From NCBI GenBank assembly GCA_012295275.1, contig CM022679.1, forward strand, positions 26,102,001 to 26,166,000: a stretch of 64,000 nt of DNA, read 5' to 3'. Position 1 is the stretch's first letter. Every line of letters begins with the position of its first letter. The DNA is from Chrysomallon squamiferum. Its lineage: Eukaryota; Animalia; Mollusca. The translations under genes were made by a program, and so were the position numbers. Of the stretch, positions 27,829-42,700 are shown piece after piece. The notes under the pieces are model-generated. The model saw only the letters and a program-made list of their open reading frames with translations. It was not told the origin of the DNA and did not search any database.

Positions 27829-28044
27829 CGACCAGGCAGGCAGGCAGGCAGGCAGGGACGGAGACTCAGTCGAGACACATGCGTCCGTGCGTCAAGACGG
27901 GCTGGCAGTCAGCAGCGGAGGGCTACCCCGTCACGCCGATGTTTTGGGAGCAGGAATCCCTCCACCCGGGATCGTGGGGGGCGTTTCAGTGCCACCCGTC
28001 GTTCGCCGCTTTCCGCTCCCCTCAGTCGTTTGACCACTACTCAG
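27829..28044 (+). CDS. Pax2/5/8: Candidate alternative 5' exon of Pax2/5/8 (cassette exon, or coding start at ATG 27879)
   Basis: GC-rich open frame MRPCVKTGWQSAAEGYPVTPMFWEQESLHPGSWGAFQCHPSFAAFRSPQSFDHYS from ATG 27879 to donor CAG|gtaaaa at 28044/28045, phase 1 (G+GT = Gly, giving S-G-HGG). Branch-like CTAAC at 27798-27802 and acceptor cacctag| at 27828 define a 216-nt symmetric phase 1-1 exon without stops. Confidence 0.55.
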
Positions 28045-28266
28045 GTAAAACAAAAATAATATATACTTTTTTTTTTTTTTTTTTTTTTTCGTGCCGAAAT
28101 GTGTGTACAAAAAAACCCCTCAACAACAACACAAAAAGAAAATGAAATTATAATTATATTAATAATTTCTCGGTGTTGATTTCAAAAAAATACATCTGTG
28201 TCATTAGGATTGAAGATATTCGAATTTAGATAAATCTGAAGGGGTAAGCCAGTTTGTTTATTTACG

Positions 28267-28316
<50 letters not shown>

Positions 28317-30715
28317 AATATTATTTAAATGAGTGTTTCATGTTTTATTTGGGGAATTTCTGTTTTTATTTACAATGTGTAATTACTGATAAATATTTAC
28401 ATTTTATTTTACTTGTATTCACGTTTCATTCGTTTTGCCGTTATTTTAATACATACAAAAATCAATTACTATTATTATAATTGTGATCCTGATCAGTACA
28501 TAACTAATCCATTCTTTTTGCATTAGCTATGTAATCTATTTATATTTTATCCATATTTACTGAATAATTGTATGCCAGTTAAAAGTGACTGCAGATATGT
28601 AGTTTTCTTTTTAAAAAGAACCCAAATACATAATATATTGCAATAAGCTGTAAACGATATTTTAGTAAAGATATATTCTGTTATTAAATGCAAATTATTA
28701 CAACATAGTTTTTTTTTTTCTAATACAGTTAAAAGGTTTTACTGACAAATATTTTAATTATACAGAAAATTCATCTGAAATGCATTCTGTATTATCTGTT
28801 GCGTAATTATTTATAAACAATCATGCATATGTGGTATTTATTTTATAAATGCTTATATCATAATACCCCAATTTAGTATAGAAAACAGCGAATGTTAATC
28901 ATATATATAGCCAGAAATAACAGGTTGTAAAATGACTACTAAAAGCAAATTATATTACAAGCGTTATTTTTTACATTTTCAGTGTAAGTAGAATGTGTAC
29001 ATTTTCGATTGAAACTTGATTCTGCTTAAAAGTTTGCGTTGTTCTTGTTATAAAATAATACATAGATAAAGAAACAAATTATAAATTAACCGATGTAATG
29101 AATAAATAATAAATAAACAAATAAAAAGATGAATGAACGAATAAATAAATAAATAAATAAATAAATAGGTTTGCTCTGATGATTTATTTTCTTGTTTTCA
29201 TCATTTTTATTATTGAAGCAATTAAAATATTTATATCAGTTTAAAGGATAATTTTATTATCACATTTTATTAAATGTTTACATATATATATATATATGCG
29301 AAAAAATTATATAGAGATATACACATACATATAAATCTTGATTAAAATGAAAACAATAACAAATTATTAGAATTATAATTATGTTCTTAAATTATAAGAG
29401 ATCATTTTATTTATTTATTTATTTGTTTGTTTATCCTGAAAAGTATTTATATGGTAATATTATATATCTAGCTATTGCTAAAAATGTAAATGACTATAAA
29501 TAAGAAATAGATCACACAAAAATTTTTAATTTTTGAAATCTCTGACACAGAAAATATAATTTCAATATAACGCACCAAATTTCATGTTTTATTTAACACA
29601 CATATTTAATACACTCTTTTTTCCTAACTTAGATTTACATCCCGCGTCACGAATTTAACCAAGCGTAAAAAAATAAATCCAAATATCACACACACACATA
29701 CAAAAGAAGAAAGAAAAAGAGCTTTTTCTTTTTTAAATTTATGTAAAATAAATAAAAAACACACATCCACGTTTCCTTGATGTAAATCTATCATAATTTT
29801 ATGCTGGTCATATTAAAGCCGTCAACTTCTACATCAGAAGCTCGGCTCGTTTGTACCAGTGATGAAAACGATTATGTCTATTTCGCCGAAATGGACAAGG
29901 GCGACACGGAAAAGAACATTAAATAGGCGGTTTTTCGAGTGACTCGAGTTTGAAGTCACTCTTAAAAAAGACTTGATCTTTGGGATGTAATATCACTAGG
30001 AATGCGTGTTTGTTGTTTTTCAAAGTCGCCAGTGAACCATGGACGGAATCTTTTTAGAGGTTTAGTCCTTCTCTTCATTATACCATCTATTGCTCGCTTG
30101 AACACAATAAAGGGAGGGGGGAGGGCCGCCGAAGCTTCAAAATGTGATTATTGTAAATCAAAATTGTATTAAACGTAAAAATGACTTGAGTGCTTTCTCC
30201 AAAGAAAAAGAAGAAAAAAAAATGTACTTCAAATATTCGATGTCTTTCTTATGAAAATACAAAAAATATAAAAATTAACAAAAATACCTGGCTTTTTGCT
30301 TGCTTGTTTCGCGCTGTGTGTTTATTCTGGGGGTAATTACGCTGTTTTAGACTTTTGTGACATATTTTCTCACAAATGCTTGACATTTTTTTTTCTTTCT
30401 TTACCGTATGTACCCATTGAAGTTTCCGTTTTGTTAAGGTTACAAAGAGAGGAGTAGAAAAAAAATTAGTCCCATATACTTACAGCATTATGCTGTGCAT
30501 TATTTTCGTGACAAAAAAAAAAAATATAGACGAAACCACTGGCAATTTTTATTTATGTATATAATAAAAAACATATTTGTATATTAATCATATATATTCC
30601 ATCCATAATCATACATGTGGGAGTTTTTATTATAACAGTAATTTACGTTTGTATTCTGTGTCTCTTAAATAATATACTGGACAATATGACAGGAACATAA
30701 TTCAGTGTATTATCC

Positions 30716-30751
<36 letters not shown>

Positions 30752-31456
30752 AAGGTAAATAATTATATATTGTCTGGTTATGTCTACAGGGAAATACTTT
30801 GTCAGTGTTTTTAGTAACAATTGCGAGTCTGTTTCATTTGACAAGGAAGTCTTCGTAAAAAGTTACTGTATTTTCTTAACACAATAGTTTTAATATATAT
30901 ATATATATATATATGCCCGTGTGTGTGTGTGTTGTTTGTGTTTGCTTGTGTATTTGTGTGTACGTCTCTGTTTTGTAAAATTTAAAAGCCGTCAATAAAT
31001 TGACATCCATTTTAATAAAAATGTACGATATATCATTAATATGTACGAAATCTACAAGCGTAATGCATTACAAGGAAATTGACACGTATTTTAATATTGA
31101 TGTGTCCTTGAATTACCTGTCAGAAAAACTACTGATATAATAATAATGATGAAATGGCTTCTATTTTAATAAATATACTCTGTACATTATTTCTCTGGTT
31201 TTATGTGTGCATAAAACTTACTAACATGGGTATAATAAAAATAGACATTTATTTCATAGAAGTATATATTATATCGTATTCCTGTTTTGTGTGTAAAACA
31301 AAATAACTGGTAACATAATGGTAATGCAATGTGTATATATGTGTGTGTGTGTGTGTATATATATATATTGTTGCAGATACAATGAAAATAATATATTATT
31401 ATATTTATGTAATATATATATATATGTACATTAAAAATAGCAATGTCTAAAATGAT

Positions 31457-31489
<33 letters not shown>

Positions 31490-32624
31490 GATATATACAT
31501 GTATATTTTTCTTTTCAAGAATATATTTACAAAACTGAGAAATATATTCTTAGATAGAAAATCTAATGTTAATTTTTACTTCACGAATTTGTTGTTTCTA
31601 CTTACATTACTTTTATATTACTGCTATTTCATCATCGTCATCTTCTTCTTCATAATAAATATAAATATAATAACAACAACAACAACAACAATAACACTAA
31701 TAATATCAAAATCATCATCACCATAATTATTGCTGTTGTTATTATATTCAGTTTGGATTTTTACCATATCCTTTTTTCAAAAGTTTTATTTATTAATTAA
31801 GTTTCAGGTTAATTTTTTTTATATATACGATATTTAAATATTTATATTGTTTTTTATTGTTTCATATCATTGTACATTTCACATGAAAACATTATTTGTT
31901 TAAATCATGACATTTGAATTTTGTTTCTTTTAACAAAACTGTTATATTAATTTTAAAAAGAATTTTTTTTTTTTAAATAGTCTTTTACATCATTCCATAA
32001 TAACAAAACTGTATCTAGATATACAGTTTTGAAACACAGAAAATTTACTAAACATACATATTATAACGGTTTTCGTTTATGCGTTATTTTTGTCAACTTT
32101 TTGCTAGCGATTTTTATATTACCGATGAGGCATTATCTATATAACTAAGCTGATTTTTAATTATGATCACTTCCCTAATAGCTAAATTTATTTAAAGTAG
32201 AAACGCATGATAAGAAAGTTAACAGGCAAACATTAGTTCTATCTGTAAGAACACTGTGGCTGGTTGTATAATATTAAACTGTTAATTGTGGATTGAAATA
32301 ATATTGTTTTAGCCAAAGGTTGATAAGTGATTGCGTGCATAAAACGAACTTTCACGTAGAGGATGTCAGTTTAATTGTTTAATTTTTGTTTTCGTGAGCG
32401 TTTGATTTTTGTTTCGTTCGTTTTGTTTTGTTTTATTTTGTTTTCGTTAATTTTTCTTTCCTTTTGTTTGATTGCATTTTCGTTGTTTATTTTTAATTTG
32501 TTTTGCTGTCTGGTTGTAACTGATAAATATTTTTCTTTTTGTTTTCTTTTATTTCTTTATTTTCGTTTCGTTTTATTTGTAAAATATTAATTTCTGTTCT
32601 TATGGTATTATTATTATTATTAAA

Positions 32625-32668
<44 letters not shown>

Positions 32669-32756
32669 CGTTGTTCTTGTTGTTGCTGATGCTGATATAA
32701 TTATAAAATATACATAATTATTTAAATAAGAAATATACATCAATATTAATCATAAA

Positions 32757-32895
<139 letters not shown>

Positions 32896-33137
32896 AAATC
32901 AAACTGCAATGCACTGATTTGTGCTATCATGACTATTTATAACGAACGCTGATGGAAATGAACATTTCACAGCGTGGTTACAACAAAATTGTGTTAATTT
33001 CATGGGAATAATTTGCCAACACTAAACTAATTACTCTCCGTACCTAATCAGATTCAAACCATCACAGTTTTCTCAAACAAGATGTCGCGTTTTGACCTCG
33101 TAGCGATATAAACGAAGATAAAAATATTCGTGATTTC

Positions 33138-33168
<31 letters not shown>

Positions 33169-33449
33169 CTTTTTGGTATAATTTCAGCATAAAAACGAAC
33201 TGTATTGCTGTTTCAGATGATTCGTGAATTATTTATTGGAGCCTAGGGATGAACTAAATCATTTTGGTTTATTGTACAAATGCTTTTTGTTATAATTTAG
33301 CGAATGTTTGATGATGTTAATGTGCATTTTTATATTAAATAATTATATATATACAGCTAGTGTTAAAATTCGTCATCATTTTCGTCATCGTCATAATTTT
33401 TGACTCTTGTTATTCTTTATCTTTTTCGTCATTCTTCTTTTTCTTCTTC

Positions 33450-33494
<45 letters not shown>

Positions 33495-34267
33495 CGTTGA
33501 TGTCATTTCTTTTTTGGTAATAGTAGTCTTAGTAGAAGTTTTAGTAATATTTGTGTTGTGTTATTTTTATTAGTAGTATTATTATTAATGTCAACATCAT
33601 AATTATCTTCATTATTTACAACCGTAATAATGAAAGAAATATTTACTTATTTATTTTAATTTATTATTTTGTCTTTTTACGAACAGGTTTCAAAACTTAA
33701 TTCTGATTTTTTTTTTAAATTTAATATGTGTTTAGTTGCTTTATTCTTTCTTTCTTTCCTTATCTCTCCTTTTCCTTCTTTCCATCCTTCGCTCATCTTT
33801 TCATTCTTTCTTCACACTTTCATTCCTTATTACTACTACAGTTTCTTTTCTTTTTTTTTTTTTTTAAATATTTTTAAATTTCATTTATTATTATTTTGTT
33901 GTTTTTGTTTTGTTTTGTTTTCTTTCATCTCTATTCAAATTATGGCCAATTAATACTGGCATTCGACTGGAAGATTTCAATTTTTATTCTGACGTATCTT
34001 ACAAATCTCACTGACAGATGGTTTCTTTTGGCAGGTGGCTGTATTAAAAAAAATAAAAACATAAAAAGGTTTTCAATGAGCAAATGTTGTCCTAACAACA
34101 TTCTGTTACCTCTCGCATCAAAAAAAAAAAAAAAAAAAAAAAAAAACTGTTAATTACAACGTGTTCCCATTCATCAGTGTTGTGAATTTTAGATGGCAGA
34201 TATGAATTTTGAAAATCCTCACAGTTTAGGTTCGAATCGTGGAAACGGAATTGTTGTTGCAGTTTTG

Positions 34268-34308
34268 TTATTATTATTATTATTACTATTGTTGTTGTTG
34301 CTATTCTT

Positions 34309-34380
<72 letters not shown>

Positions 34381-34436
34381 ATTATTATTATTATTATTAT
34401 TATTATCATTATTATTATTATTATTATTATTATCAT
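34268..34436. repeat. Compound (TTA)n/(TTG)n/(TTC)n microsatellite
   Basis: Directly visible. Confidence 0.9.
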
Positions 34437-34661
34437 CCTTGACTCGAATTATTAGCATTTTGTGTTAGAATCTTGCGAGAGGAAATTACTTTTCTTCCAT
34501 TTGGTATATATATATGGTATATATATATATATATGTATATATAATGTTTATTATATTTTTATATCTCGAAATATTAATATTTCAGCTTCATTATTTAGAT
34601 TCTTAATTTTTTTATTATTAACTATTTTGTTTCAAAAATTAGGTTTCATATACAGGAGAGA

Positions 34662-34750
34662 AAAGAACGTTTAGTCAACACACAAACAAACAAATAATTA
34701 AATTAATTAATTAATTATTCGTTTGTTTGTTTGTTGACAAAACGCTCTTT
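34662..34750. repeat. Inverted repeat / hairpin, 40-bp arms, 36/40 complementary
   Basis: Left arm 34662-34701 AAAGAACGTTTAGTCAACACACAAACAAACAAATAATTAA compared with the reverse complement of 34711-34750, AAAGAGCGTTTTGTCAACAAACAAACAAACGAATAATTAA; 9-nt AT spacer. Confidence 0.9.
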
Positions 34751-35089
34751 CAAACAAAAAAAATGTATACAATCTTATAATATAAATATTTTGACAAATG
34801 CCGACAATATTTTAATACTCTAAACATCCATGTCAAACAGTTTATTTTTAAACAACAACGCCAACAATCCGAACTCCAACAACGACATCTCATTCTGAAA
34901 TTATATATATATATATATATATATATAGGCTCACCGACACATTATAACAACAGCAACGTCAGCAACATCTACTGCTACAAACAGTCACTTCTACTACTTC
35001 CCTATTTTATTAATCAACATCTAAAATAAATAAATACATAAATAAATAAATTGTGCAATATTATCAAGAGGAATAAATTATATTTTCAG

Positions 35090-35255
35090 GTCATGGAGGT
35101 GTGAATCAACTTGGCGGCGTCTTCGTCAACGGCAGACCTCTTCCCGACGTCGTGAGGACGAGGATAGTGGAGTTGGCGCACCAGGGAGTCAGACCCTGCG
35201 ACATTTCGCGTCAACTGCGCGTGTCTCACGGTTGCGTCAGCAAAATACTAGGAAG
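35090..35255 (+). CDS. Pax2/5/8: Pax2/5/8 paired-box exon (N-terminal PAI subdomain)
   Basis: Acceptor tattttcag|G at 35089/35090 and donor AG|gtcagt at 35255/35256; 166 nt, phase 1 to 2. Hand translation: (G/S)[62 protein letters not shown] carries Q42/R44/H47 (Pax6 has I/Q/N), and [22 protein letters not shown] is the Pax2/5/8 signature. Confidence 0.98.
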
Positions 35256-35280
35256 GTCAGTGGCTCGATAACATACGTGT

Positions 35281-35508
35281 TTAATTTAGTTGTTGTTTAA
35301 TTTAATTTTTGTGTAATTTTGTTTTTGTTTTTTGTTTTATATTGTTTTGTTTGGTTTTGTGTTGGTTTTTATATTTAATTTTTTTTTTTTTAATTATTTT
35401 ATTTTATTTTATTTTATTTTATTTATTTTATTTTATTTTATTTTTTTTATTATTTATTTATTTTTTATTTATTTTTTTATTTGTTTGTTTGTTTATTTAT
35501 TTTGTTTT

Positions 35509-35540
<32 letters not shown>

Positions 35541-35865
35541 GTATTTATTTATTTTAATTGTTTATTTTATTTTATTTATTTTATTTGATTATTTATTTTA
35601 TTTTATTTTATTTATTATTTTAATTTATTTATTTATTTTTTATTTATTTATTTATTTATTTATTTTTATTTTTTATTTTTTAATTACATTTTCCCTAATC
35701 ATAAATATTAGTTACTTTTATTTTATTTAATTACTTTTTATTTTTAAATTTTATATTTGTAAATATTTATTTTTCTTTTAATGTATTTAATATAAATTAA
35801 AATTTTTGAAATCTAAAGTAGGTTAATAATTTAATATTAATAATAATAATAATAATAATAATAGT

Positions 35866-35911
<46 letters not shown>

Positions 35912-35913
35912 GT

Positions 35914-35954
<41 letters not shown>

Positions 35955-36010
35955 TAATAATAATAATAAAATATGTAAATAAAATATGTAAATAAATAAA
36001 CAAACAAATA
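35281..36010. repeat. T-rich (TTTA/TTTTA)n low-complexity tract followed by (TAA)n
   Basis: Directly visible immediately 3' of the first paired-box exon. Confidence 0.85.
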
Positions 36011-36073
36011 AAATTATTAAATAAAATTACACAAATAAGAATTATAATTCATGTATATCTAAGCTATCGCAAG

Positions 36074-36105
<32 letters not shown>

Positions 36106-38101
36106 GTAATATAAAAATACATGTACATAAAAGCTTTGCTGCATCATATAAATTATTATTTATAATATTAATCATCACACGTTGTAAAAGTTGAAGTAGA
36201 ATTTCATTAACATATGAATGTCGATAATGTATAACTGTCGTGCTGGGAATTCTGAATAATAAATTCAAATATTTGTTTGTGTGTGTTTGTCCCCGTTTGA
36301 ATGATCGAGTATTTTGCATATGTGTATGCAAATTAATGATTATATGTGACTGGTTTTTGTGTAACTGTATATGGGACTGAAAGAATATATATCTGTATAT
36401 ACACATATGTTTATTTGTGTGCCTATACATAAATGTCCATTTGAATAACAGTAATTGCAATAATAATGACAATAGTACTATACTAATGTTACTGCTAGTA
36501 GTAGTAGTAGTAGTCGTAGTAATAATAATAACAACAATATTAATAATGACAACGATGATGACAATGATGATGATAACTAAAATTACAGTTAGAAACAAAA
36601 CGAATTTTTTTCTTTTTTACTTTTCTTCTTGTTCTTCTTGATATTTTTATTATTATTATTGTTGTTGTTGTTGTTACTGTTATTATTATTGATTTAAATA
36701 CTTCTTTATGAATACAAATTAAGTAGTTTTGTCAACAGATATACATTTCTCAATTAGAAAGCGGAGAAGGAGTGATTCAAAACAAATAATTAATATAAAA
36801 ACTGCCTTTTTTTGGAAACTGATTAAATTATCATTTCGATTGACGTTTGTAATTAAATCAGACCACAAATTAATGTAAAACTGCAAATAGAACAAAAATC
36901 TATACAAATCATTTCCAATTCATTTTGCCTTTTAATCTCAATAATCTCAATGAATTATTTCTTCATAATAATTAAAATCAGAACAGATAAAAAAATAAAA
37001 AATAGAAAAATAAAAAAAATAAAAAAGAATTAAAAATCTTCAACGATCTTGACTTTCTTCGACAATTTGCAAATAATTGTGGCTGACAATTCTCGGAAAA
37101 GCAGATAAAACATCTTTGTTTTCACCGACGGCCATGATCGAAAAAGAGGCTCGCGCGTGCGTCCCGCGTGCGTCCCGCGTGCGCCTCTCGTGCATTAAAA
37201 GCGCGGTTTGAAAAAGTCGATGGCCATTCAGGGGCAATTTGTCTGATTGAAACCTTTACTTTGTGCGCTTGTGTCCCAACGGCCAGGTTATCTTCTGGTG
37301 CCATCATTTTGTCGTTTTCTAGCTGACAAATAATTCTCTCTGATTTTCTAATTTCCTGCCTGTCATACGTTTTTTTTTTCTCTCTCTCTCTCTCTCTCTT
37401 TTCCCTCCTGTAATTTTTATTTTTATTTTTATTTTTATTTTTTTTTTAAAAAGGAAAAGAAAACAACAATCCTGAAACTTTTATTATATTTGTCTTTTTA
37501 TTTTATTTTATTTTATTTTATTTTATTTTTATTTATTTATTTTTTATTATTATTATTTTATAAATATGTTGATTTTATTTTATTTAATGTTTTCCTTTTA
37601 TTTTTTTTTTTATTTTATGGTTTACTGTTTTATTATATTTTTCACTTTATCAAACTCTTTCTGTCCATTTTTAAATATTATATTTTCATTTCAGTTTACC
37701 AGCTCATAAATATATTTATTTAACTATTTTATTTTATTTTATATCTTTCTCAGTCTGTTTACTATCTGTTATCTATCTTTAAAAATGTTGCATGGGGACA
37801 GAGATAGGCATTTCCTGTAAACTTTACATCAATGCAATTTTGCAATTACAAATAATAATAAACATAATAATAATAATAATAACAACAACAATTTGTATAA
37901 AATTTCTCTTATTTTAATACTTTTCTTTAAATATTTTATGTTAAATAATTACGTTTCTCATGAAATTATTATAATATTTAGCCCCCTCCCTCCCTCTCTC
38001 TCTGACACCACCCTCCCCACCCTAGTTCATTTCCCTTTCAATCCTCTGTCTTTCCATTAATCGTTTCTCTCTCACCCATATTCTTTATCTCACACAACTT
38101 T

Positions 38102-38109
<8 letters not shown>

Positions 38110-38176
<67 letters not shown>
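38110..38176. repeat. (TC)n microsatellite
   Basis: Pure run. Confidence 0.95.
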
Positions 38177-38179
<3 letters not shown>

Positions 38180-41100
38180 CGCTCTCTCTCTAACTCCTCC
38201 CTACCCTCTAGCAGAAAAAAAACCCCTCATCTTCCCACCCCACCCCACCCCATCTACCGAAAAATCTGAGCAAATACAAACGAACTGGTGCGCCGTCACT
38301 GAAGTGCAACTAAATACACGCAGGTAATGTTTACGTCTTGATCGGCGGTTGCGTGCAGTCGACTTGTTGGATTGTAATCTCACGTTTGACAATAACGCGG
38401 CTCTTTGTTCGCTTTTGTTCCAACGCCGTGTTTCCCGGGGTCAGCGGTATGATGTATAATTCAGACCCACACACGGCTGTCGCTATTACTGCCGCAAGAT
38501 GATAGGTCCAATCTTATTAGGCACTGTCTTGTCCGGACGAGAGGCCCTCAGAAGGTTGTAGCGATGTCGGGGGGTGAAAAAAGAAATTTATCAATGCTCT
38601 ATCTTCAAGCGATTTGGGTTGGGTTTTTTTGGTGTGTTTCCGGTTGTTTTGTTTTTCTTCTTTTTTAAATCTTTTTTTTTTCTGTTTAATTTTTTTATTT
38701 TGTTTATGATATTTAAGTAAATAATACAATAAAGAAAAAAAACAGCTTTAAACTCTGAATAACTATCAAACAAATCTCTCTTCCAAACTTCTACAAGTTT
38801 CAGTTCCAAATATAGATTCCTCAGACTTCGTAGCGTCATCAGAATCTCGTTACTGTCGTCATCATTACGACGGCAGACTTTCTCGTACGTTGGCTCGCTT
38901 CACAGATCTTCTGTTATTGACGCACAGACAAACAGACAGGACGAGAAAAACAATCTGACTGCGTCTTAAGCCGTTAAACATATCAATCAGGATTTAGCGA
39001 AATAAAGCGCTGGAAGCAGTCAAGCTTGGGACTAACAACTGGTGTCGTAAACACTTCCGGTCATCGAGGAACTATTTTAATTGTGGTTTCGAGGTCTCGT
39101 AGATGGGATTAAAAAACTCAGTGACAAGCAAACAGACTGCGTCTTTGGGAAAACGACAATAATTAGGACTTTAATAAAATAAACGTCTGTTGTCAGATTA
39201 CCAGTACTGCCGATCTTTTGCACTTCCTCCGCGTACCGTAAGAGGATTAAACGTTTGTGTAGACGATCGCTTGCTGAGGATATTAGAATTTTAATACAAA
39301 TAAGCTTACGGCGGTATTGTTAAGCAGTCGACAGCGTAGATCAATTGTAGTTCGTTTGTGCGGCTGGGTTTAGGAATAATTGCTCTGGTAAAAATACTCC
39401 ATAAAGCATTATGATTGGAAGGCTTCGTAAATGGGTATTAGAAAACATAAAATTAACGTTGTGTTTTTATTTTTATTTTTTTTTTTTTATTTTTTAACTA
39501 TTACTTTTATTAAAAATATAAAAAAAATTAAAGAAGAAAAAAATTCTGATCTTTTAAATAAAATATTATTAATATTCTTTCAGGTCTTTTTGAAGAATTT
39601 TATTTATTTTTATTTATTTATTTTTTTTTTTCATTTTTTTAAATCTGTGAAGAGTTTTTTGTAATATATCATAGCTTGCTGAAGTTTATAAATTTTTATT
39701 TGCTTGCGTGTATCAGATATACACGTAATGTATACTTCATTTTGCATAATTCATAAATTGGTTAATTTGTATTTGCTTCTTTCACTTTTCCTGTCTCGTC
39801 TTTTCTAATGCCGTTCCTTCCTAAATCCATTCGTAACTTTAGGAATGCATATTAAAAATCCCTGTCTGGGCCTCTCACTTCCTTCGTTTTCGGTCTGTGT
39901 GAGGAACGAGTCACGCCAGTTTGACTGTATACAGTAAATGTGCACGCAAGATTAAGTTGCTTGTGATGGCAAAATAATCCCTTTCGTGACTAATCGAAAG
40001 AAACAAAGTCATTTTACCCAAACTTCAGTGGTTCTTCTTTTAAAAAAAAAAAAAAAAAAAAAATCGAACTAAAGGTTCCCCTCAATTCCTGTGTGGTATA
40101 ATATCCCCATATCCACCACAATAGATAAATAAAAAAAAAAAAAGAAGAAAAAAAAATTAAAAATAAGAAAAACACGAAAAAAAAATTCTGGGTTTCGTTT
40201 TACGATGGTAGAGTGTCATCTAGTTCAACTATTTCTTGTCTAACCACAGTCGAAAGCGTTCTTTACAAATACCTGCTAGCGTCAATTAATAATGCACCGG
40301 CGATGTTTATGTCGGTGTCGGGGTAATTTGTTGCAATCTGCATCTTTCGTGATGCCGGCCGATTTCCCAGCACACTCATGAATTAATCAGGAGCAGTCTC
40401 GCTCGGCTCATGTAGACCGTTTCCTCTGTGGACACCGATAAAGAGCCACAGGCGAAGAACCAGTTTATCAGGGTGGCAAAATCGATGAGCATTATGCCGT
40501 CTTCGGTGACGCCGGAAGAACTGCCGTAACATTGTATATATTGATGATCTCTCACGCCAATGACACAGCAGGTCTTGCACCTGCCAAATATGGGTCTTTT
40601 TTATGGTTTGATCTTCTGGACAGAGTTTCTCTGTTTAAAATGAGAGGACGGTTAAATACGTTTTTGTTGTCACGAATATTTAAGACAGTTTGTTGAAATT
40701 TGGCTTATAATTTGGTGTTAGATAAAATGGTAATTATGCAGCAATTCGCTTGGCGGGTCTAGGCTTAGAGGTAGCTTCTCCCTCTCCCAACGCATTCTCC
40801 AAATTATCTTGTTACACAGAAATAAACGCGATTTTTAAGCCGAAGTTCTTTATTCAGATTCTGATAGGTGATGAATCAGAAACAAATATTATATACAGTC
40901 TTCTGATTCTGTTTCCTCCATTGGTTATTTCTTTCTTTGATTAAAAGAAATCAATAAAAAAAAAAAAATTATTGGATAATAAGTTATTACGTTATTGCTG
41001 ACGTCATGTTCCCAAACCTCCCATATGGTTTGCATCATCTTGACTTTTGTTAATAAACTTTTCTGCTCTATTTTTGTTTTTTCTAAATTTTTTTATTAAC

Positions 41101-41542
41101 ATTCTGAAATCTAATAAAAGTTAATTAGATGAACCTATCCAGAAACACAAGAGCATGTAACTTTGAAAACAAACATGTATATCTTATTTGACGCACTCGA
41201 TTAACTTACTTCCGAAACGTGACCTACATGACATGAAAAATTAATTGTTTTTTAAAGCAAACGTAAGCACTGCGCATTCGATACGCACTGTATCACACGA
41301 CGGCGACGTCGGCAACGTTCATTGTTGGTGTTACTTTGCTGGGGATAATATATTAATGCGCGCGTGACTTCAGTTGTGCTTTTTAAGTTCAAATAAAGAA
41401 AGTTCATGTATGTTTTATTTGACGGACCAGAATACCAAACAGCTTATTACTGTTACCGTTAATTATTCATAGGTTTTAAAATAAAATTAAAATAAATAAA
41501 TACAAAATAGATGATGAAGTCATGGTGCTATTATTGTTGTTG

Positions 41543-41579
<37 letters not shown>

Positions 41580-41884
41580 CATTATTATTATTTGTGATTA
41601 CTACAGTTTTTAATACTTATATACTACAATAATAACAACTGCATCTATTACTACCTCTACTATTACTACTACTACTACTGTTACTACTACAGCTACCACT
41701 GTTTTATTCTTAGTACTAGTAATATTAGTGCAGCAGCACTAGAGTAACTATTACTACTAGTAATGTTAACAGTAACAGTAAAATTAATAGAATAAAATAT
41801 TTTACGGGATATGTTTTGGTAAACGACATAAGGTTATTATTAAATATTCAAAATAATAATGATAAAATAGGTATAAATAATGAT

Positions 41885-41930
<46 letters not shown>

Positions 41931-42598
41931 GTAATAATGATAATAATAATGATAATGACAATAATGATCATGATGATGATAAAATCAATTTATTTGACAT
42001 TAACAAACTATTGTCAATGAAGTAGCTTCACCAAATTAATATCAATGGTATTTTATTTATTTATTAATTTCATCACTATTCTATTTGATCAGTTAGTTCT
42101 TTCGTTATTATTATTTTTTTTTTTTGTTGTTGTTTTTTGGTGGGTTTTTTTTCTTCAGTTTTTATATTAAATTATTATATTATACATTTCTAACTTTTTA
42201 TACTAATTAATTCACTCTTTTGATGTCGCCGAAAACGTTAAACATTAACAAATGTTAAATAAATGTGTCTTTTTTTAATTTATATTTCTATTAATGAAAC
42301 AAAAGATCTATTATTTGTAATTTTGTCAACTTTATTTGCCTACATGTCAGTACCTTCAAAGCAATTATAAAACTTGTATTAATATTTACTTTGCGACAGA
42401 TAAAAAACCTTTGTTAATATTTACATAGCCATGGTTTGTGATTGTTTGTAGTTGTACTTATTGAATTAACCGTTTAATATATTTTTTGTCACTTAATATT
42501 CTTAAATGTCATGATTAATGAATTGTTAGTGTTATTAGATAATGGATGCTATTATTAAAAAAAAAATCTTTTTTTGATTTTATATCGTTTCAAATACG

Positions 42599-42700
<102 letters not shown>

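Noticed and set aside
40883-40909. Short dyads such as GAATCAGAA...TTCTGATTC near 40873-40909 and CTGTCGT...ACGACGG near 38854
   Set aside because: Stems of 7-9 bp are expected by chance in 64 kb.
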